Assembly: GCA_964252035.1 (NCBI GenBank)
Contig: OZ176213.1
From: Podarcis erhardii
Lineage: Eukaryota
Reading direction: 5' to 3' (one strand)
Length of the DNA: 64,000 bases
The translations under genes and the position numbers were made by a program. This document shows positions 48,010 through 59,570 of the stretch, piece after piece (position 1 is the stretch's first letter; every line of letters begins with the position of its first letter). The notes beneath the pieces are model-generated. The model saw only the letters and a program-made list of their open reading frames with translations. It had not been told where the DNA came from and made no database searches.

Positions 48010-48370
48010 ATTGGGTTGTTTTTGTTATGTATTTTGTGTTTTTATATTGTGACTTTATGTTGTGAACTGCCCTGAGACCTGTAGGATTAGGGGAGTACAG
48101 TTGTACCTTGGATCCCAAACACCTTGGTACTTGGACGTTTTGAATCCCGAACGCCGCAAACCCAGAAGTGAGTGTTCCAGTTTGCGGACATTCTTTGGAA
48201 CCCAAACATCCAACGGCACTTCCGCAGCTTCCAATTAGCTGCAGGAGCTTCCTGCAGCCAATCAGAAGCTGCGCTTTGGTTTCCGAAATTTTTGGAAGTC
48301 GAATGGACTCCCGGGACGGATTCTGTTTGTCTTCCAAGGTACGACTGTATACATATTTAATAAATAATAA
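48010..48370 (+). mobile_element. L2-type 3' tail split by a MITE
   Basis: tgtgaactgccctgagacctgtaggattagggagTA[MITE]TAtacatatttaataaataataa. Uninterrupted relative at 61875-62085. Confidence 0.65.
48098..48347 (+). mobile_element. Tc1/mariner-class MITE, family D, 250 bp
   Basis: TA|CAGTTGTACCTTGGA...TCCAAGGTACGACTG|TA. Confidence 0.87.
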
Positions 48371-50039
48371 TTTTTTTAAAATGAAAAATGAGAGAACCAA
48401 AATGGACAGATCCTTCCATCCCTACCTGGGACTCTCTGCATTAAAAGGGGGCCCACTTTCTCTGCAGGCCCACAAGAACAGGAATGAATCTCATTGAAGC
48501 AAAGTTTTCCCTCCACCCACTGCCACCCAAAAAAGTATCAACTGAACAATCTGTGGAAACCCAGGCAAAACCCAGCCTTTGTTGTTAAAGCAAACATTTT
48601 CTTCCCGTCAGTGAAATGAAGAGGAAGCAATGAAGGAAAGGGGGAAGTATCGAGGTTAGGAAGCTAGTCCAAAGAATTGCAAAGCACATCCCACCATGTT
48701 GATATGAGAGAGGGGGAAAATTAAATGAAAATCCTTTCACAGGCAGGCCAGGCCATTGGTGGTGCCTCACCTGTGTCCACAGCTCTTCCATTTCATTTTG
48801 GAATTGGGAAAGGCTAGCCAGGCCATGACCATTATTAATACCGCAATCCAGACAGAACAGGTGGTGTTCATTTCTGAGCATTCATTCAGTGCTTCTGACC
48901 TTCAGGATGCCTCATCCATACCAGCCACACAGGGAAGGGCTGTAGCTCAGTGGCAGAGCATCTTCCTTCCATACCCAAGGTTCCAGATTCTATCCCCAGC
49001 ATCTCCCGGTAGCGCTGGGTGAGACTTCCACGCACAATACCCTTCCGCGCACAGTCCCTTAGCAAGCACCACATGCCAGAGTGATGTGTACATCCAGCCA
49101 CAAAGCAGCGTGTTTTCATTCATCGTAAGATTTCACTGCCCTGTTTAAAAAGATGCCAAACACTCTGGTGAAACCCTGATAAGCTTTGAATAGCCACTGG
49201 GACTTCGAGTTTATCCAGAATACACACCGCATATTTTCCTTTCCATCACTGAAGAGCCAGAGCAAAATCTTGGGCTGTCGCTATCAGCACTCCCCACCCA
49301 GCCAACGCTTCGCCCAGTCCCATGATCACTTTCCCAACCGAGTGCGCTCAGAAGATCCCAGCCCCTCCTTCTTGCAGGAACACACAGAAACGATTCTGAT
49401 GCCATTTTACCTGCCTGCGTTGCAGCTTTGCACCAGGGTAATGCTTCTTTCCTGCTGTGAAAGCAAGGAGAAATATATTTTGCTATATGATTGCCATGCC
49501 GGTTAAAAAAAACACAAAACCACACCAAGAGAGGGTTTCCCAAATCCTTATCTTTGTTCTACAGATGTTGGGGTTGCAAATCCTGGCTTGCAGCCAAAAT
49601 TCACTCCCAAAATTAGGATGGGCTGCCTCTTACTGCACTTCAAACTCATGAAAAGCTGGGATATGGGGAATGAGGCATCGTGTCATCCATTAAAAAACAA
49701 AACAAAACCAGGGTTGGCATCACTAGAGCAGCATCCAGGGTCCAAGCACCCCAAGAGGGCACACAGATGAGGCCCAGTCCTCTGATCACAGGCCTGACTT
49801 CTCTGGCAGCAGTGTCAGGGTCTCAGAAGCAGCCCAGCATTTCACATTTCCTGTTAGTCACCCAAGAGATGTTGGCATGGAGGGCAACTGAAACGGCAGG
49901 CAGTTTGCAACTACCTCCCATAAGTGATGCTGCCCACCACCACCAATAAGTGAAGTGTGGAAGCCAATGATTTCAAGAGGGAAATGACACTCTGCAGGTG
50001 ATTGAGGGGCAGGGACTTAAAACTGAAGCCAGCTCCAGG

Positions 50040-50342
50040 CCACATCCGCACCATACGTTTAAAGCAGTATCATAGCACTTGAAGCAGTCATGGCTTTCCC
50101 CCAAGGAATCCTGAGAGCTGTAGTGTGTTAAGGGTGCTGAGAGTTGTTTGGAGACTCCTATTCCCTGTACAGATTTCACGGGGAGAATAGATTTACTGTT
50201 ATACTGTTCTAGAAACTGGAGTTATAAGAGGGGAATAGGGGTCTCCTCCTTAACAAACCACAGCTCCCAGAATTCTTTTGGGGAAGCCATGACTGTTTAA
50301 AGCGGTCTAAGAGTGGTTTAAATGTGTAGCGCAAATGGGGTC
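50040..50342. mobile_element. Old palindromic non-autonomous DNA element (relatives at about 23245-23470, 44080-44240, 57750-57910, 58375-58625, 62640-62800)
   Basis: Imperfect long inverted arms: catac.tttaaagc...ctg.gagctgtagt ... ac.acagctcccag...tttaaatgtg. Superfamily not determined. Confidence 0.5.
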
Positions 50343-50669
50343 TTAGTTAACTAAGCTGTTGGGAATTGGAACAGTTCCCAATCCATAGATGGTACCCTCC
50401 AGGCAGCAGTTTATGGTGGGTCCAGCACCTTGGAGAGCTCAGAGTGATCAAGTTGCTCCTGCAAAAGTTGGAGGTGAATTGAGGAGGAGCTGCTATTAAA
50501 ATGCCACCATAAATGTCCTTGATGTTCACTGGGGTCATCCAAAATAGCTGAAAGGTAGAAGTTTCTGGACAGGTAAAAGGAAGCCATCCTTCACATAGCA
50601 CAAAGATAAGCCAACAGCCACTGTGGGAAACTGGACTTTGGCCTTTATATAAGATTTTGGATTTGATCC

Positions 50670-50905
50670 ATAGAACCATAGAATCATAGAGTTGGAAGAG
50701 ACCACAAGGGCCATCGAGTCCAACCCCCTGCCAAGCAGGAAACACCATCAGAGCACTCCTGACATATGGTTGTCAAGCCTCTGCTTAAAGACCTCCAAAG
50801 AAGGAGACTCCACCACACTCCTTGGCAGCAAATTCCACTGTCGAACAGCTCTTACTGTCAGGAAGTTCTTCCTAATGTTTAGGTGGAATCTTTTTTCTTG
50901 TAGTT
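50670..50905 (-). mobile_element. Young CR1 3' end, about 235 bp
   Basis: catagaatcatagagttggaagagaccacaaggg... tail; contains the 128-nt perfect match to 18339-18466. Confidence 0.88.
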
Positions 50906-51831
50906 TTTCTTGTCCCAGCAGGACTGTGGTGCATTGGTGACACCATATATCTAGATGCTGCTGTCAACCGGCCATGGAAGCAATCTCCATGGGACAGACT
51001 GTGTCCACCAGGGATGATGGGAGCTGTAGTTCAGCATCTAAGTAAAAAAAGCGTGTGCATGAGCTTGCGTTTTAAGCCATTATTATTAGCGATATTCAGT
51101 TTAGAAAAGGTTCTGGGCCTATTAAGAAATACTTACTTGGCACTAGGAGGCGGGATTGCCCCCACCCCATTAACCAAAGACATTTCAAGGTTCCTTAGGA
51201 TATAATCATAAAACATTCCAAGCAAATGAAGTTCTGCTTTCTAAGGATAATGAGACATTGAAGGTCTTTATGAACTCTCAGCTTGAATAAAACTAATACC
51301 CCTAGTTAGATGAAGAAACCCCCAATAGAGGATTTTCATCTGTGACTGAGCCTCTGTTTTCCTTTCTTTCCAATAGAGCATTTACATATCACAGCATTTT
51401 TTGGGCTGAAGTCCAGGAGATAGTTTTAATTTTAAACTCATTTTCTTCTCTTACCCTTGCCACATTCTCTCCTAGTCCTCCCTGGGTTGTCATGTAACCT
51501 AATCTGATGTTTGGTTTTTGCTTTGTTTTTAATGTAGTCTTCAAAAACTTTTCTCAGTTTAAACTTGGCCATCTGAGGAATGATACGTTTAGAAAAAGAG
51601 CCCCCAAGGTTTTCAAAGTGGGTTCCTTGGAGTAGTAAAAGACTGGTACACCTTTTTACGAGCAAGCGCAGCCCGATATCAATGGCTGCTGACCACAATG
51701 GCTATGATCTGCCTCCACTGCCAAAGGTATTATGTCTCAGAATAGCAGCTGCTGGTAGTCGGAGACAGAGAGAGTGCTGCTGTGCTCAAGTTGCTCATAC
51801 GGGGGAACCACCACCTCCTGTTTATAGCATA

Positions 51832-52335
51832 ATAATAAAATAATAATATTTTATTTATTTATACCCCGTCCTTCCCGGTTCAGAAAACTGTGCTCAGGGT
51901 GGCTAACAACAAATTTAAAACACTTAATTGATGCAACAAAAAAGCAGCATAAAATACAGTATAAAACGTGAATAACAATAAATTCAGAATTCAAAAATCA
52001 ATTTAGGGGGGAAATCCATCCAATAAACATTAGATGATCACCAGGACTAGCTGGCTAAATTAGTCCTATTTGGGCCAGCCAGCGAGGAGACCAGGGGAGA
52101 ATTAGCTGTGGGATCCCAGAGCAGGTAATCTTCATAAAAAGGGGAGGGGGAGGGAAGGAAGGGAAATAAAAGATCAGGCTAAGGTCAAATTGAAAGCCAG
52201 GCAGAATTGCTCTGCCTTAGAGGCACTGCAGAATGAAGTTAAATCCTACAGGGCCCTGGTCTCATGGGACAGAGCATTCCACCAGGTTGGAGCCATCACT
52301 GAGAAGGCCCTGGCCCTGGTAGAGGATAATCTGAG
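51832..52335 (-). mobile_element. L2-type LINE 3' end with UTR
   Basis: Minus ORF RLSSTRARAFSVMAPTWWNALSHETRAL; AT-rich tail with aataaataaaa. Confidence 0.72.
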
Positions 52336-54783
52336 AACGTAAGAAGAGCTCTGCTGTATTGGGCCAGAAGACTTCTCATAGCGAACAACTAGATTCCCCA
52401 GTGGGAAGTCGGCAAGCGGGACTGAGCACAACAGCACTCTCCCTACACGTGATTCCCAGAAACTGGCATTAAGACAGTGGAAGTAGCCTCAATGTTTCTC
52501 AACCTAACCTACCTAATGGTTTGGGGCAGGGGACTTGGTAGCGTGCCTACAGAGGAAAGTTAGGATGTACTAGGGTTGCCATAGGGCATCCTAAGGAAAA
52601 GTGGGATATTCCGAGATCAAATCAGAACTGGGATGGCTTCTGTAAAGCTGGGATTGGCCCTGGAAAATAGAGACACTTGGAGGCTCTGAGAGTCAATTCC
52701 CCAAAGCCTGTTGGAACAAGAAGTCACCTGTCAGAAGAAGACCAACAAGGAGGGAGCTAGTCTAGCTTCCCTAGGGAAGGACTTCCAAATTCTGGAAGCA
52801 GCCAGCTTCTCCTGCTTTTTTCACCGGGGCTATTCTATAGATTTGGGATTTTTTTGTTGTTGTAAGTGTTCTTTTTATATTTTGGTATTACGCTTTATGG
52901 GTTGTATTCCACTCAGTCCTGCTCAGGTTAGACCTGTCGCAATTACTGGTCCAGAGGACCATGTTCATTCATTTCAATGGCTCTGGACTGAGTAGGAGTT
53001 ATATTCAACTGAGTTATATTCAAAGCTAGTCCTACTCAGGAGTATACCCATTGAGATTAATGGGCATAACAAACTTCAGTTGACATCAATGAGCCTGTTG
53101 GGTATATTCAGTGGATAGCAAGAAACTGGAAAGAAGCACATCTGGAAAGAAGTACATCTAAACAGATGTGCAAAAATGGTATAACATAATTTGGGACATA
53201 GCATTTAATGAAAAACTAATACAATAGATTTCTGTGGGTAGAGGGAGGGAACTGAAGAGACTTTTATGGCAGACTGGTGGTCATTTGTCCAGCCTATGAA
53301 CAAAGGTTCTACAAAACAAACTGTACTTGCCGCATTCCATAATACATTAATATTCTCCTCCATATTGATGAAACTTTCAGTTTCTCTCTTCCTGTATGAA
53401 CCTTTAATATTATTGTTTACATATGTGCCTTTGGGTTGTGGAAAAGGGTTTGTAAATGTATTTAAAAATATATATGGGAGTGAAATGGGGGAGAGAAATT
53501 AATGAGCCTGTCTACTTTGAGCAGAAGTTGGGTACAAACTTTTAAAAGTCACAGTTAAAGACTCTTTTACGTAGCAAGTGACTAATACATTGAACGGATA
53601 ACAATAATAAATAAATATAATTAGATCTTCATCAAGGGAATGCTGGTAGTAGAGGCAACGGCTGAGAATTTTGCATAGCTGCTGTGTTTTAGGATTGTGG
53701 CATTGAAACACAGTTCAATGAAAAGATCGCAAGAAACAAGAGAGCGTAGCATTTTCTTTTTAAAAAATGATTATTGCACTTGTTAACTTGTTAAATTCAT
53801 TCTTGGAGTAAACTTAAAGTAGGAAAGTAAAGATAATCTCTGAAAAGATCATCCGAGCACGCCGGTGTTTGCCTAGAAACGAACCCTAAGATGTCAGCCA
53901 TTGAGGCCTTTTCATGTGGAAAGATCGCTAAGTAAATTCCCTAAATGTCTATTCATCCCCCATAAGATGGCAAATCAGTGAAGCAGCAAATGTGAAAATC
54001 GGCAGGGCTTTACGATAGAGAGGGAGAGAGAATGTGTGTTTCTTCCCCTGCAAATGCTAAATTGAAATGCAGATTCTGACCCCGGGAGACTTTTAAAGCT
54101 CACTTGAGTGAGCATCAAAGGAAGGTCTCAGGCTTCTGCAATCTAGCCATTTAGGTTGATTGATAGACAGATACTCCAATTGGTCTGGACTTAGTCAATG
54201 GTTAACTTGTTCGTTATTCATCAGGGCAATAATGAACTGTTCCTTGAGATGGTTGGAGAGTTTGTAAATGCAGGCTACTTAGGGGGATCACTGTGTTGAT
54301 AGAGTTCCCTGGCTGGGTTTGCTCCCTGTGCAACTTGGAGTACGAGTCATTTTGCTCCACAGGCAACGTATTCAAAAGGAATTGCCACAGCATTTGAAAA
54401 AGAAGTTCCGTGTTCCCGACTACAGGCATAGAGTGACTCAAAGCACATTTTCGCGGATAAACCGCTGCAAATGTGCCTCTTTCCCTTTTTAATGTCCAGC
54501 TGGGTGTAAGTGGAACCTGCAACCCAAAATCCCACAAGTTCAGGGGCAATAATGCTTCTTGAATACCAGTTGCTGGAAATTCTGCTGCATTCAGGGCCTG
54601 CTTGTGGGTTTCCCAGAGGCATCTGGTTGGACCTCAAGAACAGGATGCTGAACTAAATGAGCCACTGGCCTGACACATCAGGCTCTTCTTATGCTCTTAA
54701 TTGGTAGTGGAAGCTTGCCTCCTGGAAGAGTTTCAAGCTAGCTAACCATTCCCTCCTTCCAGAATGCTGTAGTCTTGTTAGAC

Positions 54784-54915
54784 TTCTCAACCTGCGGGTC
54801 CCCAGATGTTGTTGGACTACAACTCCCATCATCCCTGAGCTCTGGCCTTGCTAGCTAGGGGTGATGGGAGTTGTAGTTCAACAACATCTGGGGACCCACA
54901 GGTTGAGAAAGGCTG
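54784..54915. mobile_element. Palindromic hAT-type MITE, second copy of the 24249 family, opposite orientation
   Basis: Reverse complement of the 24249 copy with about 2 mismatches over about 130 nt; left terminus missing. Confidence 0.82.
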
Positions 54916-55281
54916 TAAGAAAAACATTCTGTTTCTTCCTTTGCAAGTTTTCCATTTTTTCTTTTCCAATTAACCATCAACATTCTGTGACTACTGAGCA
55001 TGCTCAAACGTCAATGAGTTGTTGGGAGGTGAGTTGCCTTTTTAAAAGGGATAGAGTTTTTTTGTATTTCTGCAAACTTCAGGGTTCTCCAGAGCATGTC
55101 TCTCTGTCTCTATCTATCTTTTTAAATAAATGTTATTAAGATTTATAGGGAAAAAATATAGAGTTTAATATCTTTTCCTTTTTAAAAAAATCCAAACCAA
55201 GACTTTTATCTAGATACTATAAAAGCACAAAAAGGGGGGAGAAAGAAAGGGAGAGAGAACAATTAAATAAGTAAATAAATA

Positions 55282-55321
55282 AATAGAATAGAATAGAATA
55301 GAATAGAATAGAATAGAATAG
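55282..55321. repeat. (AATAG)8 microsatellite, within a probable minus-strand L1 3' UTR (about 55150-55560)
   Basis: Direct reading for the repeat; the L1 context is a tentative recognition. Confidence 0.85.
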
Positions 55322-55574
55322 GTTAAAAGAGAAAGATAGAGGAATAAGATTCAGAAAGTAAAGAACTTCCAGTTCTTCATCTGCCTGCTATATAAAAACA
55401 ATATTCACTTTGTCCAATCTAACATAACACCCAACAAAGCTTCTTTCTATAAACAAACATCATATTCATTCCTCAGATCCAGATATCATTATTTCTTTTT
55501 CTTTTTCACACGAAAAGTTCCTTTCTCTCTTGTTTTAAAATTCCAGATCGACAGTGCAACCCTTCCCCAAAAAG

Positions 55575-55650
55575 TGTTTGGTGGCTCCTTAAAGACTAGC
55601 AAGTTTATTGGCATAAGCTTTTGTAGATACCATAATAAATCCTTCAGTCT
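55575..55650 (-). mobile_element. Degenerate Penelope-like terminal fragment
   Basis: Minus strand ctgaagg...caaaagcttatgccaataaacttgctagtctttaaggagccacc resembles the reptile Penelope terminus. Confidence 0.5.
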
Positions 55651-56200
55651 TAATGCACCACAACACTCTTCCCGAGTGACTGCTCATTTTAAAACCTTCT
55701 TAGAGCTGAATAATTTTACAGGTGTGCTCCCTTCACACTTGATGCCAGTTTTGTACTTGTGCTTTTCACAAGGCTGTAGTTTTGGAGTCAGGACCGTTCA
55801 GAGCTAGGTGAAATGAGTGGGCAGGTGTAATTCAGGTTTTTTTTTTTAAAAAAATGTATGGTTAACTGAACTACATTTTAAATACGAAATAATAGATAAT
55901 CTGAATGGAGAAGCATCTTCAATATGAAGTGAAAATCTGTTTGCATAAATTGCTATTGAATTTTCAAACTACAATTTAGTCAGCGATGTCTTTCAGTAAT
56001 GTAACATTTTATCTTCTTTTATGAGGAGGGATCCCTCAGATTTGATACAGGAAATACAAATACACTGAATTTTTGTTTCAAGAAGAGAAAGAGGCAAAGA
56101 GGCTCTCCTGGAATATGTCTCACATGATATCAGTGCCTAGGCAACATCTGCCTGCAAATCTGAACTTGCATTTCAGTGGTAAAGTTCCTGGTGTGTATGA

Positions 56201-56329
<129 letters not shown>

Positions 56330-56681
56330 TAATGTGGCCTTTTCTGTGCCTCTCAGTATAATAATAATAATAAATTGTGGTGATAATTTTCATTTCTTTT
56401 CTTTTCTTTTTTTGCAATCCAGGTAAAAGTTGGATCACTTTGTGTGATCAATAAAACCGGCACTTTCAACTGCAATTTTCCCAAGAAAGATGTACAGATC
56501 TGTGTATTGGGTAGTGCAGGGCCAAGCATTCTCATGACAGAACACTTTGATCAGAGTTTGAGGATGGCATTCAAATTATTTGTGTGCACACAGTGGAGGC
56601 TGGTTCATGAGAGTGAATGGGGCACTACCCCACTAACCTCAGTCTATCCCAGCCTTAATTCCTAAAAAGAGCAAAGTTAGA

Positions 56682-57093
56682 TGTCAAGCCTGGGCCATGG
56701 GTAGAAGTTTGAGATGAGGCCTTAAACCAAGAGACCAACCCATTATTTAGGACCAAGGAGTAAGTCAGAAGCAAAGGACAAACAAAGATACAGGAACAGA
56801 TCGGGGAGCCATTGTTTAAACAAGGTTCTGCTGCGACAGGAAGTCCTCTTATACTGTTTCCTGTCCTGGGGGGCAGCCTGAATTTCCTGTCCCAGGGGGC
56901 AGCCTGAGTCCATCCAGGGCCTGGAGGTCCTTCACTGAGAAGCTGGCATTTGCAATTCAGTGGCTGACCACGCAGAGCAGACACCCACAGATCCCAGTAG
57001 CTCCTGACAGTGGGGAGGTGATGTCATCTTCCCAAAACCCACATTATCTGCCCATTCCATGTGAGAACAGGCTGTGGTTGCTCAGAGATGACA
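56682..57093. mobile_element. Solo LTR, 412 bp
   Basis: TGTCA...TGACA termini. 5-bp flanks ttaga / ttaaa (4/5), consistent with a Gypsy-type TSD. Confidence 0.68.
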
Positions 57094-59434
57094 TTAAAAA
57101 TGTACTCTGACCCAGCTCAGGGGCACCATACATTATCCGCCTATTCTACAATTTTAGACAAGCAGTTGAAATAAGATTCCAGAGCTAAGCCAGGCACAAA
57201 ATTAAGCCCATTTCGCACCTTCCAGTTAAACAGTGGCAGATTTGAGAAGGCTTACCACTTCATGCATATATATCAAGTGAGCTGGGGGGGGGGCGGAGAT
57301 CTCTGTCTTTTTGTCACCAAAGTGACAGTGTTGTCATTTTATTTTCTTGCAGAGTATCAATCTGCTCAAAAATATGAAAAGCTTATTATATGTTTATCTA
57401 CTCTAATCTGGTTTCTCTTTTTTTACAAAGAGTTTCCTGAGATCAGCTTACATATTTTATCTCTCTTGCTAATACAGTTTAACCATATCTTAGGACAGTA
57501 CGGTGTCATATTTTTTAAAGGAGAGAATGTTACTTATCATTCTCAATAGTGCTGAACTTGGATGGTCTCATGCCAATCCCTTTGCAAGTGACACTGGGCC
57601 ACCAAAAATATATTGTTGTTGTTTATTCTGTGTTTCAGGATACTGTACAAATCCTTCCAGGGTTTCAAGTAATATTTAGACTTCTTAGTAGAATCACTAT
57701 ATTATCACAGTAACTATATGAAAACAAAACAATTCGTCAAAGGGTATATCCACACCATACATTGGAAGTACATTATTTCACCCAAGTTATTCTGGGAACT
57801 GTAGTTTCCTATGGGTGTTGGGAACTGTAGCTCTGTAAGGGGTAAACTATACTTCCCGTGGTTCTTTGAGGGAAGCCATATGCTTTAGGTTTATGATGTG
57901 GGTGTGACCTAAACCCTTTCCACACTGAGCAGTTGGTAGGTAGATGCTGTTGTGCAGAGATCGAACAGAGGAAAGCCCAGCTGAGGGAAGCTGTTTAGTG
58001 ACTTTTGCACCCCTCTCTCTCTCTCCCAGAACCCTTCCTACATGGCAGTCTGTGGTAGATATGTTTGGGCTGTGGGAAGTTGGAGCAGGCTTTGAAGTCT
58101 GCCCACACCGCCTGATTTCCTGAGATTTTTCCCATAGCGTACCACATGGTCCCGGGTGTAATGTCTATGGCAGATCCATTGCTTGATCTGATGGTTGTGG
58201 AACTACCAAGAGGGACCCTCCTTGCCTATCTTAACACCCAGCAAAATTTGTAGGAGCAGAGGTGGTCATTTGGCTATCAACTCACTTAGGGCTGTGTGAG
58301 CACACCATGAACTGGGCCTGGAAACAAGCCAGCAACCAGTCATAGACTGGAGCCAACAGTCTTGGCTTCCTGCAAAGAACCCTGGGAAGTGTAATAAGTT
58401 CAGGGTGTTGTTGAGGGACCCCTATTCCTTTCACAGAGCTACGTACAGTTCCCCAGAAAAGAGGATTTGTTTCTTAGACTACTCTGGGAATTGTAGTTAT
58501 GCAAGGGGAATAGGGGTCTCCTAACATCTCTCAGCACCCTTAGCAAACTACAGTTCCCATGATGCTTTGGGAGAAGTTGTAACTGAAAAATGTTGCTTTA
58601 AATGTCTGGTGCAGATGTAGCCTAAGTTGTTTAGGGCTTTGAACACATATGTGAATGCAACTTGAATTGGGCCCAGAAATGAACTGGGAACGCATTGCTT
58701 CATTTTGACTGGCAGGTTTTGCATTAGCTGGCATTCCTGTCAAACGATGGAGTTAAATTAGAAAGGCAATAACAAAGGGTTATGGAGATATGCCTCCCAT
58801 TCACTTCTGACTCTTGTGATCATTGCTCCTCAAACACTGTCAAAAGAAGAAATAAGAGCATGAATTATGACTGTTCCACACAAAGCCATAAGATGCTCAC
58901 CTTAGCTGGGACAAGAGCAATTTGGATGAATTAAATCTGCTCATCTTCTCATTAATTTAATATTAAATTGTGCTAATGTGCCACTTGGCCTCTCTTCTGG
59001 GGAATAATAGGCTGGGTCTTTAATGGGGATTCTGCCTTTGGAATACATAAACAGTTAATTGCATCTTAGGATGTGCTGTGATATATAGGTAGGGCTGCCA
59101 TATCAGTTTATGTATTATTCAGAATCAATTATCTCTTTAAAAAACAACAACTGAAAGTGCTTCAAATTAATTACAAAGAAAGCAGTAACAAACTTGAGGG
59201 GTTGCGATCGAGAACAGTCAGATTTCAAGAACTCATCGGTTCAGGAGTGCTGTTCTGGAACCATCTGTGGGCAGAAAGTGGTTGGGCAAAGGGAGAATGT
59301 TCCCACAAGTTGAAGCTCCCTCCCCCAAAGCTGCTGTTCACTTGCAGAAGAGAATGGTGTGGCATGGTTTCAGGGGCACTGGTGGGGTGGAGTGGAGTGG
59401 CAGCCTCCATTGGATGGGGTAGGAGGAGTTATGG

Positions 59435-59570
59435 CAGACTTCCTCAAACTCAGCCCTCCAGATGTTTTGAGACTCCACTTCCCATCATCCCTGACCACTG
59501 GTCCTGCTAGCTAGGGATCATGGGAGTTGTAGGCCAAAAACATCTGGAGGGAAGAGTTTGAGGAAGCCTG
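59435..59570. mobile_element. Palindromic hAT-type MITE, 136 bp
   Basis: TIR CAGACTTCCTCAAACTC / GAGTTTGAGGAAGCCTG. Perfect 8-bp TSD agttatgg (59427-59434, 59571-59578). Confidence 0.87.

Noticed and set aside
57948-58236. Possible second solo LTR (TGTT...AACA)
   Set aside because: Flanks gatgc / cccag give no TSD and the ends are ambiguous. Not enough support.
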